64,000 nucleotides of DNA, from NCBI RefSeq assembly GCF_000181795.1, contig NW_003526943.1, positions 2,968,707 through 3,032,706 on the forward strand, given 5' to 3'. This document shows positions 25,889 through 37,918 of the stretch, piece by piece (the stretch's first letter is position 1; each line of letters begins with the position of its first letter). Under the pieces are notes generated by a model. The model was not told where the DNA came from. It ran no database searches and was given only the letters and a program-made list of their open reading frames with translations. The DNA comes from Trichinella spiralis (lineage: Eukaryota). The position numbers were made by a program, and so were the translations under genes.

Positions 25889-28800
25889 TTAAAGCATATA
25901 GTCGAGTTCATGACGGATGTAAGAGTTCGTTGCGTTGTCATTAATACGTGGATAACATGCTACAAGTGCGTCTTGATTTCCAATGTACAAATTATTATAA
26001 ACTTTCCAGTACGGCTCTCGAACTTTCCTCGCTGGATGAAACAAACCCTAGAGAAAAGATAAAATGTTGAATTTTTTTAAATGACCGAAAGGAAATTTTT
26101 TTTAACATACTTGTAAACAGTACTGCAACACACGCATAGGTCCAAGTGACAGTCGCATTCCTTCGCAAGCGAATATGAACCGTTGCACAACGTGTGGTGA
26201 TGTTTCAAAGATGTTGGGCCAGACGTAATTTAAAAGATGGACCAACGCATCTTCGCATCCAAAACCGCAAACTCCAAGTGCCATATGGGCAACAGCATCC
26301 ATGGCAATTTGCCTGTGCACTAAATCTCTAAAATATTTTTACACTCTTTTTTAGCAATGGCGTTCTGAAAATGAATTATTTCAACATTTTGCAAACCTTT
26401 CCATCAACGCATCTTCCAATAACGGAGCAACAGCATATATGTAATCTTTGCTCATTTCGCCGATGTATTCAAACATAAAACTCAATGCTTTTAACACGCC
26501 ATTTTGAACATTCAATTCAGGAACTCGATATTCATTCATCAAAGCTGGTAATACAGTGAACGGAGAACAGGTCTCAGCTACGATTGCAATTGCAACTGTT
26601 GTACAGACACGATTTTGCCGTTCTTGAACTTTTAAATTATTCAACAGCGTTGCCAGCACATCATGTGGCCTTAATTAATTTATAAGAAGAATTTTTTTAA
26701 ACAATACTTAAGTAAAAAAAACCATACAATACAAATTAACAACAAAACAAAAATTACATCTACATACCCAATTGCTTTAGCAATGTAACCAAATGTATTC
26801 ACTGCTGCGCGTCGTATAGCTTTCTTGTGTGCTTTCAACAGTTCAAGCAACTCGAAACAGATACGCATCCACTCTCTGGCAGAAACATATTCACTTCCAC
26901 GGTCCGCGATCCGACCTACCAAATCAATACAATTTTCTTGCACTTTTTCATGACTAAATTAAAATAAAACAAATATTTCAAAATATAAAAATAAATGAAC
27001 ACAACGTCTAGCGTACCGATTTTTTAATATAGGAGTCAACCTCGGCAACAGATCTTTAATCGGAGGTGTCATTTTTGTCATACCAATAACATTAACAATT
27101 GCTTTTAATGCTGCAAGTATTGATCCAAGTACTTCTGGATATTCTTCACCAAGATATTCATACAGTACAACTCCAAGATGTCCCATCAACTTTTCCTAAA
27201 CAATGGGCATTAAAGTCGACAGTTTATCTTCAAACATTATAAATTTAAATTTGAATATAAAACATGAAAAACATAAAAACCTAAACACAATAATAAAATG
27301 CTGTTCAGATGGTCAGATGTGTTTCATAAACGCTCAACAACAACAATTAATTATAAAGTCAACAAATTACACAAATAACACCACTCTAGAAAACATGTCG
27401 GAATTGAATTTAATATGCAGAACTTTACATAAAACAAATAAAGGCTCCAAACAGCATGAAGTGAACGATTCAAATACTGAAGACAAATAATAATTGTGCT
27501 AACAAAGAAAAGGCAAAATTGAGAAAATTAAAAACAAACAAACAAAGCACACACACACACACACAAGCATCCTCATACCTCTTGGCATATTTTCATCACT
27601 GGCGCTATGCGAGCAATTAAATCTGCAGCTTGTTGGCGAACCTTTGCCGCCTTGTTGTTCAAACGCCAAAGAATTGTACCACAAATCTGTGGCAAATATG
27701 GTTGTACGCGGGTTCCCAGCGCAGTACAAACTGTTCCAAATCCGGTAAGCATAATCGCATCCTTAAAAGAAATTCAATTAAAAATATACAGAAAAAGCTC
27801 AGTATAAAGGAAAAAAATAATAAAACCTCCATCGTCTGCTCTTGAAATGCATACAATATACCGTCGATTAGTTGTTCTTCAAGCTTTGCGTCAACATCAG
27901 CAGCGCCAAGATTAGTCATTACTTTTTCAATAGTTTCCATTACCATTTTACGATACTGCTCGTTCTCATCTTTCAAATCATCCACAATTCGTGTAATTAT
28001 TTCCGCTGCTCCAACTTTATTCGCTATCTCTTCTGTAGTATCCACAAGCTATGAATACCGTTCATCAATAAAAAAAAACTCTGGGAAAACTATATAAATT
28101 AAAATTTACACACTTTTTAAATAAAACAAAGATGTTTCTAATTATTATTATTCATAAAATAACGCTTTTTAAATTTATTGGTATAAAACTTGCATACCTG
28201 TCTGTAGTTACGACGATCCAAAGCCATTCTTTGATTCCAAAAATGTTTAAAATAATGCGGCAAAATTTCTTCCCTTATATAATGCGCTTCCACACCGTCA
28301 GTTGCACAACACTGTTTTACTACCTGAATTTAAATTTTCATTTCACTTTCACTAAACATAAAATTAAAAAAAATCATCCGTACCTTCAGTACAATCTTCT
28401 TCATTTCTTCATCAGGCGACTGGAATTCACGAATCAAAATAAGCATAACTTCTCTTGTATAATAATTTGCATATTCCGCATCCATCAGAGGAATCAAATA
28501 ACCAATAGCTTTCAAAAATGCAGCCAAACCCTAAATTTTTATCAAATCAAACTTCCACAATTCGCGCCTTCAAAAAGTGTGGTAAAATAGCGCTTACTTT
28601 TCCTCGGTGAGACCGAATACCTTTCCAAAGTGGTTTCAACACTGAATCAAAAGATTCTATACCGTAAGGGGTAGCTGCTTCTGCCAGAGCAGCAATAGCC
28701 AACGCGGTAATAGTGCGCACTTTCTGTTGATCATCAGTCAAGCCTGCTTCGATAATTTCAACCAAACCACGAAGATGAGGCAATATGCCGCATCCCATTA

Positions 28801-31800
28801 GTATAGCAATTTGCTGTACAATTTTGATACCCGTGTGACGTGCTTGCCATGATTTTTTGCTCTTGCACACGGCTTTCAGAAATGGTAACAAAGCTGGAAT
28901 ACCCAAAGCCGAAGCGACAACAGCAAATGCTCTGGCAGTGGTATTGCGTACATACTCATCAATATTGTCAATATCTGGACGCATAGTTGATATCATAGTC
29001 GCAAGACCGGCTGCTTTGGCTAAGTTGCTGATGATCTCACGTCCTTCTACTCTCGCATAATAATCCTCATCAATAAGTAAGGGTTCAATAACTACCAATA
29101 TCTAAAATTTACAGAAATTACAATACACACATATAGACGAGGGGAAAACACTTTGAAACAACTTTGAACTGATTAACAATTAATTAATTCATTTTGCCAT
29201 TCAAAAATGTTACAAATACTTATTTACGTTATTCTCTAATAAATAAAATCTATTAAAATAAAAAAGGGATGATTTTTAATTTCAATTTCTAATTAAATAA
29301 GCATGTCTCAGCGAATAAATTGCAAACAAGAAGTGCTACTGCGTGCTCAATATTTAAACGCGTTGATATTTATATAATATTGCATTCATCCCTTGCCCGA
29401 TACCGCGTAATGCGGAGCGGACTACACAGAATGCTTGAATTACAACTGCCTTCACTAACTAACCAATGGAAATGTTCATACCTTATGCACGTACGGCCTA
29501 ACCAGATCATCCAGTTTGTACAAAATACGATCTATAACTTTGACAAGCAAATGTCTTTCTTGATCTTCCAAAGTCGGAGACATTAACAATGGTAAAATTT
29601 GATTAAATAGTGGACCAGCGCCAAACTGACGGGCCTTTTCTGTGATTTTACGAAGAGCCGACTGAAATAAACATGCACTGTTATGAAAAAGAATAAAACG
29701 ACATTGCATTACGCATTACTTTACGCATTGGTGGAGTTCCATTTTTGATCTTCAACAGATAGGTCATAATTTCTCGTTCTTTTGCCTCTTCAGTTGTTAG
29801 CTGGCTTTCATCAACATCAGCCAATAATTTATCAAAATACTGCATATCTTCTGGCTTCAGTGGAGGCAAATTCTGATCTTTCGGTTGAGTATCGACAACC
29901 AAATTCTTATCGCCTAACCCTTCCCTCTGCGGAGTGCCTTGCATTGTGAAGGCAGGAAACATGCCAGTAAACGGAGTAGGCGTAGCTGTAAGTTTGCGCG
30001 CCGGTGTACGGATTGGAATGTAACCAACAGGCGGTGGTAAAATCTAAAAAATTATTTTTATATACATAAATGTAATGGTGCCCCAGTAAGTATTTCACCT
30101 TATAACCAGGCGGAAACAAAGCCTCAAGCTCATCGTCGCTTAAAGGACGATTTCGTTCGTCAATTTCTCTTTCCCAACGAAATGCTTGCAATTGTTCCGG
30201 AGTCATAGCTGTAAATGCATGTCCAGGAGTAGGAGTTGCCAATCCCATTGCAAGAGTTCCAACTGGAGTGACACCACTAGGTGTTATGCCACCAGGAGTG
30301 AAACCGCCAGGAGTAAACGACGGCGTCAACGACGGTGTAAAAGCCCCTGCTGCAGCATTTCCAACATGAGGAGTGTCTGATGGCGTTAAATCCCAGCGAC
30401 TTCGTCTTTTTGAAGCCACCGACGGTGTGTCCTCTATCTTCAATTCACTATCCAATGAGTGATCAATTCTCGGGGTTTCACCCCAACTTGGTGTCGCACT
30501 TCCAGAAATCATGTGACTTGGAGTATCTTATAAAATAAAGCAATAATAACAATATAATAAATTTAAATTAGTCTATTTAAAAAATACCTCTTGGAGTTTC
30601 ATCCCAACGATTACGTCTTGGAGTAGCAGCAGCAGCTGGAGTTGCACCGCCTGGCGTTGCATCCCATGCTCGAACAGCTGGTGTTGTGCCTGGAGTTTCT
30701 GAACCTTTCACAAAATGCATTGGAGTTTCATCCCATCGAGCAATGCTGGGTGTAGGTGCCTAAAACAAATTAAACCAAAATGAAAAAGATAATTTCAGCC
30801 CCAACTAGTAAATAAGTGGAACAGATATAGCGTCAGATGCGTGGGTGTCGTCAAAAAAAGAAATAAGATGAACTATACAATCATCACATGCTCTCAGAGA
30901 CATTAAATTAGTTAAAAATGTAACAACAAACCTCTGCCATTTCCCACGAATGCAATCTGGTCTTCTCCGCAGATGGTAAAACACTTGCAGCCGGAGTGGA
31001 ATCAGCAACTGCGGTCGTCGGTGTTTCTGTAATATCCCATCGTCTCCTTTTGGAAGCAGACTTCCCAGATTCAGAGTTTAGTACCTGCAATTCTCCTGCT
31101 TTCGCCTTTTCCGCCATTTCCTTTCTAACTTGCGTCTTAAAAGAAAACATTGTAGATTTTATGAAAAACTGGTTGGAATTTTCAAAAACCGCCTACCCTT
31201 TCTTCAGTTATCATTTTCTCCCTCATAATCGCCGCATACGTTCTCGAACTCACATCGGGTGTTCTTTCAACTAAAATATTTTCAAAAGTAAAATCGTTGA
31301 ATCAAAAATAAATCTAGGACATATGATAAAGCAGAAAAGGGAGTAAATTTAAAAAATTCCAAGTTTCATAATACTCCCTGACTGAGATATGTTTTTGAGC
31401 CATGAGATTTAGTCATCGTATTCCAAACGTTTGATCGTCAGCGATGTATATGCTGTAATAGCCAAATTAAATTAGTAATTTCAGTACAGTGTCAATTATA
31501 TGGGATGGGAAATGAGCTTTTTCTCTACCTCAACCGAGATGTTACAAGTGCGAACAGGGCTCACACCTCCAGTCTGATTGACAGTCGACTGTCGAAGCAC
31601 GGGCCGTCAAACAACATATGACCTTGGGGGAAAAGTTCGAATTAGAATAACTCACAAACCGTGCATAGCACTTTTCTAAGCTCTAATGAGGACTATCAGC
31701 GGAATGCAAAAACCAGAAAACATATTTTAAAATGGCCTGCACACATGTACTATGGAAACTTGAAAAGGAAAATCTGATCAATTAAAAAAAAAAGATACTA

Positions 31801-33159
31801 TACCTTCAGAAAATGGGTCAACGCGTTCAGGAGAAATGATCAACTTCCGTCGTCTAGCATGATATTCGTCCTCCCTTTCTGCAATAGTGCGTTGCCTAGT
31901 TTCAGCAAAGGGATCTTCATCCTAAAATTTTTCCAAATCTATAAGATGCATTTCTCTTTTTTTTACAAAAAGTCTAACTTCATCCGTTTTCGCAGCCTCT
32001 TTAACAAAATATTGTGGAGCATTGTACAACGCACGGCGATCTTTAATAATTTTCTGTGTGAAGGCGTCATCATCATCACCATCCTAAAAATAATATAAAC
32101 ATTACGTTTACCAAAAAATATTCATAACGTAAAATATGTGCAAAATAATAAATGCAAAAAACTGAAATTCAAAAAAATTCAACAAAAAATATACATTAAA
32201 TAAAATTCAACTGTTTCTTTAATTACAATTCCAACACCAAAAATATGAGCTATAAATTAAATGATGATAATAAAACTTCACCAGCAGCCTCAGGCAACTA
32301 CGCGGCAAGCAATAATCTACAGTATCATTTGAAAATGTGGAAAGAAAAGCAAACATCATCGACTGGAGAAGATTAAAACAAAAATAATAAAAAAAAAGAA
32401 AAGAACAACATACCCCATTGTCCTGATCATCCACAGCAATAGAAGTAACATAATGATCGTCTATGCCTCGATTACTATAAATATCGCTATCATAATTTCC
32501 GGCTTCGCCGAAAGCAACTTTGTTTTCGATTTCTTCAGTTGGAACGTATTTTTTCTTTTTTGCTTGAAGTTCTCGAATTTGTGCTTCAATTTCTAAAACA
32601 AAAGAAAAGTGAAATAATTTATCCATATAAAAATATTTATAAAATTAACACTTAAATTACACACAATACACAACAATAAGATGAAAAAAATATCAACACA
32701 CTGATTACAAATTATTTAATAATAGGAAAACAAATTGGCACTTTTCATCTTGTCACTGACCAAAGTATTAATAAATGGAATTTTTTTGATGAAACATATC
32801 TTAATTACAAGTTCATTTTTAGAGGTTTTATACCAAGTTTATGGGAACAACCTGTGCATCCGCTCAGCACAGAAACAATGCTAATTCATCTCACAGTAAA
32901 AGGTTGGAAAGAAATTTGTTTATCAAAGTTTTGCAAACTCATAAATTCGACTATGAAAGAAAAACTTTAACTCCAATGACAAAAAACTATAAAAAAACAT
33001 AAAAATTAAAAAAGGACGTGATAAATGCAGATGACGTTAATGGAACATTTTTTACTTCACATTTGTTTATTCATTTTTGTCATTGATTTGAATGAAAAAA
33101 GTATGATAAAGAGCTAAATTGTACATACCATCTTCTGTCACGGGCGGTCCGTTCATCAT
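25889..33159 (-). CDS. SF3B1: Splicing factor 3B subunit 1 (multi-exon)
   Basis: [103 protein letters not shown], ending RHELDYML*. Confidence 0.98.
29301..29435 (-). ncRNA. Intronic H/ACA snoRNA, U70/SNORA70-like (18S CCCUU-Psi-GUACACA)
   Basis: Hairpin 1 closed by GCATTC/GAATGC, then H box ATATTA, a second hairpin, and ACA three nt from the end. Pocket strands TGTGTA and AAGGG pair with the conserved 18S sequence CCCUU-U-G-UACACA, 14 nt from the H box. Confidence 0.85.
30829..30892 (-). ncRNA. Intronic C/D box snoRNA (snR60/SNORD77-80-like D' guide)
   Basis: agcatGTGATGA ... CTGAcgct with terminal stem, D' CTTA and C' TTGACGA. D' guide GTATAGTTCAT pairs with LSU GUGAACUAUGC, placing the methyl on the A equivalent to yeast Am817. 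Confidence 0.8.
32285..32365 (-). ncRNA. Candidate intronic C/D box snoRNA
   Basis: cagtc-g-ATGATGT ... ATGATA ... CTGA-ggctg. Terminal 5-bp stem, variant C box, canonical D box; GC-richer than the surrounding intron. Confidence 0.5.
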
Positions 33160-34894
33160 GAAAAGTAATAAGCAGAATAATTTCAACAGTGACAACTGAA
33201 ACGCATAGCAATCCGTTCTGATGAATTGATAATCAGGAAGAAATACTGAAAATGTAAGTAAATAAATAGAATTAATAAACTTTTTATGAAACAAATATTT
33301 TTTTAATGAAAATTATGCATTTAACTGAAGCATACAATTATTATTTTTCAACATTTTGAGCTCACATCATACAGCATACTGTATACACGTCACTAATAGT
33401 GAAGAAGTTCATCAAGGAAGTGTAAAATCAAAGATTAATTAATTGCATTTTTTGTGAAATACGTATTTTTATATGTAATTACAATATTTTGTGTTTTTTA
33501 ATTATTTATTATGTGAAACTTAAAATAATTGCACGAATTTTCCGTTTCGATGATAAAATTTCCAAATCAGCGATACATACTGTTACAGTCTGGTACAAAT
33601 GAAGCATAAAGTTCTGAAACGCTGAAAACTTATTTTTTTTTCAAAAAATTGAAGAAATCATTAAATATAAAAGACAATTTAAATTATTTATAACTATAAT
33701 ACCAAAGAAAGTGAATATAAATTATAAAAAAAAGCGTGACTTTTATTATCAGCATACTAAAAATTGTAGCTGTTTGAAAAAGTCAATAACTGCCGTCTCC
33801 AAGGATATAACAAAGTGCATGCCAAATGTGACAAACAAAGTAAAGAAAACAGAAGAACGTCAGAAAGATTTGAAAATAAAAATGTTCAATTACGAATCTC
33901 ATACTTCAATAATGCTCTTAAATTACAGCATAAATCAATGGTTAGAACAACTATTGCTTTGATGCATTTTATAATACTTTCACGTGACGAATGATTATTT
34001 TCAATAAAATGACATTTAAACAATCTCACAAATTATCATGTAATCATGAATTCTCAAGTTTCAAGGATGAATTTGCAATACAGTAATGTAAGCATTTTAC
34101 TTAAAAAGCGGAATATTACAAAAGTGAATTTTTAATTGAAATATTCAAGATTTATTCAATTGTGAAATCTCATTGCAGATTGAAGATAGGTGATTCAAAG
34201 AAGAAAAAAAACCCTACAACCTGAGCGGGCATCTGTCTTTGGTTTCTAATTTAAATGGGTGGTTTGGTTTAAAAAAATGCAACATTATTATAAAAGAAAA
34301 TAAAAAATTAATTTTATTTCATAAAAGTAAGCAGTATTAATGTTTCATCATGCAACATTTGTTTATTTTTGATAAACAGCTATATTGAATATTTGGATTA
34401 ATTAAACAGCATTTCATTTCATTTGACAAACATGTTGTAAAAGTGCACTAATACATTATCTGACCAATCAAATGTTGAAATGTTTCAACCAATTGAATAG
34501 AAACGCTCGCCAGGCCGATGGCTTCTTCAATGCAGCTAAAAAGAATACAGTATTTCGTTGTGGAAGAATTGAATTTGCCTCGTACTGTTGAATAGATGAA
34601 AAGGTAATTTTCACAATGATGTTCAATTAAAAAAAACTTGAATAACCAGCGTTGTTGAATAAATTTCATGTTAAAATAATTTCTTTGTACTTGCTCATAT
34701 TACAGTCAAATGTTTTCGAATTCTTCTCGTTGGTATTTGTGTTCGTACGGTGAGCGCTTTTCTGTGGGAATTTTTTCCGCTATTGATCCGCTTGGTCATG
34801 TTGAATAAAAATTGCTAACGTCGAGTGCATCTTAATTTGTCGACAATTTTTACACGCGAACGTTCAGTTTTGCACCATTTTGAAAGTTGAAAAA

Positions 34895-37475
34895 ATGCCA
34901 GCTAACGTGTCGACTGAAGCCGAGACGACCGACTCTGCCGAATTGGCCGAAAACGGCGTTGCGGTTTCTGATGAGAAAGCGGCTAACGATGCCGAAATGT
35001 CTGCCCCTTCCACCGAGGTGTCGCAAACTGTAGTAGTTACGCCTCGAAGAAGCGCCAGAGTTCTACAAAAAGAGCTCATGCATGCAGATGGTTTGAATTT
35101 TTTTTCGAGAAAAAATAAATTATATTTCTTCTTATTATTTTTTTTTCAAATTTATCCATTCCTTTTTTATGTATTTTGAATATTTTAAGGCGAGGAAAAG
35201 CATCCTTATGGTCGTTTGACTGCGGCCACGGCGAGATTTTACACGTCGCGTTTTCAAACTTACAGGTACCCGCCATTTTTATTTTTATATTCTTGTTCCA
35301 ACTTTTTTTTCGAATTTGAAATTTTATTTAAATATTTTCATTTTTATAGATAATTATTTTACGCACACATATATATATATTTTTTTTATTTGAGTTGTGA
35401 AGCATATTTTTATTTGATATTGCAGTTTGACCTACCTTGAGTTCATTTTTCAGTTAGTTGTTTGACTAGACTTTCACGATTGTCCTGATGAACCAGTTTC
35501 ACTTGGGAGAGTTGGCTACTTTGTCCGTCTTTAGAGCAATTTTTTTTAATATAAAAAAATGTATTTTCTATATAGTATTTTTTTTGATAAATTGCACAAT
35601 GTTTTTTTCTGAATGTTTCAAAAAAATTCAAAATAATACTTTTCAGGAGCCCTTCGAAAAATCAACCGGTGATTCGTGGCAGCAATGATTTGCCTTTGGA
35701 TTTGAGGCAGAATTTGAAGAGGATGAAAAATTTCCTCAAACTTCCCAAAGCCAGACGATGGGTTTATTATGAATTTTTTTATTCTGACATCGACCGGGAA
35801 CTGTTTCTCGGTCCGAACGAATTCCAACAATGCCTGCAAGATTATTTTCCCGTGGTCAGCACGTCGCGCATCAACGACGTCGAATATCGCCAAATTAAGC
35901 GTCTAATTGGCAAACCGAGACGCTTGTCGCCGGCTTTTCTGTTCGAAGAGCGGGAAATGTTGGACAAAAAACGCCAACGGATAAGGGATATCCAAAAGGG
36001 CGGTGCCTACGTGGTCGGTACCGACGTCCAGTTGCCGTCGAAAATTCCCCAACCGTTGACCGTCGGCGCGAAAGTTTTCGCCAAATTGAACGGCAACCGG
36101 GACGGTATATTCGCCGGCACGGTCGACGCCCTCGTCGAAAGCGGCTACCGGATCATTTTCGAAAAGCCGACCGTTCCGGCGGCCATTGTGCCCGACGTGG
36201 ACGTGATGGCTGACCAGCCGGAAGATTTGGTTTCGGTTTCGTTTTTTCTGGAAAAAAACAAAGCCGCCCAGCCACTGCCCTTTCGTCCCAACAATCTGCT
36301 GAGTCCCACCTGCACCCAGCTTCCAGTTCGCAATCAAGATTTCAACAACGAAGGTGAGTGGACTTTTTTGATTTTCATTTTCTAATTTTCTATTTAAATT
36401 TTTCTTCATTGAAAAAATATTTAATAATCAATTTCATTTTGAAATCAGTTTAGTAGGAATAGGAATTTTTTTAAGTGAAAAATGCATGTTTCCCTTCCCC
36501 TCTTTTATTATCGATTTTAATTTAGCATCAAGTATGCATTTAGACTAAAGTGATATCAATCAATTGATCAGTTTTGAAAAAGAAAGGGGGAAAAATTCAG
36601 CGATTTTTCTTTTATTTTGATGTTTTTCATTAATAATAGAATCGATCAGTGAAAAACAAATTTCACTGAAATTCGATGCAATTTTTTTAAAAAGTAGTAA
36701 ACGTAAAAATGGGATTTGGTAAAACAAAATTATATAAGCTTTGGGTTCTTAGATAGATAGATAGATAGATGGATATGCATTGTTATGTGGGAACAATCCT
36801 GTTGATGTTGCAGGACGGAAGGGTAGCTTGCAGGCTTCGATGATGCGGGAAGACAAATGTGGCAATTTTCCGTTGCGTCTGATCACAGTGATGGTGAAAG
36901 TGTCGAAATTTCTCGACCGCAAGCGGACGCTGGTCGACCGCCTGCGGCAAAAAAACGAATCCGCCGAACGTTTGCACCTCGAATTTGGCAACTACTACCA
37001 GCCGGATTTTCAAATTCTCTACGCCCGACTGGTGAACAAGTTGGCCAAATTGAACGAACAAATGGAAAGCTATTTGAAATTGGTCGCCGAATACGGTAGC
37101 ACATTGTTGCCCCATTTGACCGAAGTGACCCTGACGAGCCGTCCGGAGACGTTGCGCAAATTTTGCCTGTCCAGAGCTACCCAGTTGGTGAAACAGTCGA
37201 TCACGCCCGGCTTGGATCACAGCTTGGACAAGGGAGGGGTCGATTTGGTCATTTCGATGTGCGCTTTGTTGTTGCAGTTGCGCAGTTTGGGACAACAGCA
37301 GACTTTGAGCGCTTACGACGTTCGACTGGTCAACAAAGTGCTGGTCGAAATCAAGGACCATTTGGAGCCGAAGGTACGGCAAAATTTCGAAGATTCGGTC
37401 GAAGTGGCCATTCGACGAGTGGCGATGTCGCTGACCAATAATCAATATTGTTCAGGAATGCCATTGACGTCTTGA
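34895..37475 (+). CDS. LIN9: LIN-9 (MuvB/DREAM subunit; DIRP, Tudor and coiled-coil regions)
   Basis: FLKLPKARRWVYYEFFYSDIDRELF; IGKPRRLSPAFLFEEREMLDKKRQRIRDIQ; PLTVGAKVFA...DGIFAGTVDA; GNFPLRLITVMVKVSKFL. Four exons. Confidence 0.93.
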
Positions 37476-37918
37476 TTTTTTTGCTTGCTTGGTCGAATCG
37501 AAACCCAATCCCAATCCCAACCAATTCTCGTTTCCCCTCACCAATTGATTGATTGATTAATTAATTAATTGATTAATTATCCATCACCCTCTCTTTTAGA
37601 CGACATACACCATCACCTCACATGTTTGGTGTAGCACCCGAAATTTCGAATCATCATCCTCGTTTTACTAGCTTGTTTTCTTTTCTTACAAATTGCAATT
37701 GAAAAAAAATAAACAATGCATATTTTTTGAATATGGAAATAATTTCCCACTAAAAGAAAAGCAACGAACCAAATTTTGCTACATTGTAACACAGAAAGAG
37801 GGAGAGAGCAAGCTGTGTGAGACAAGAAATTAGCACCAAATTAGGTGGCATATTTGTTTGAATTGTTGGATAGAATGAAAAGAAAAAATCATATTCCATG
37901 CACACAAGTGGATTCAGT

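Noticed and set aside
32820..32930. ggttttataccaagttt resembles nematode SL1, and the minus strand folds into a hairpin with CTGA (SF3B1 intron 1)
   Set aside because: No AG|GT donor after the leader-like stretch and no clear Sm site. The C/D or H/ACA boxes are not properly spaced and no rRNA guide was found.
34226..34238. 13-nt match (cgggcatctgtct) to the piggyBac TIR
   Set aside because: Isolated, with no partner TIR or TTAA; compatible with chance.
34468..34799. Possible small two-exon basic ORF divergent from LIN9 (MTKRINSGK...)
   Set aside because: Weak donor and no homology; it may simply be promoter or SF3B1 5' leader sequence.
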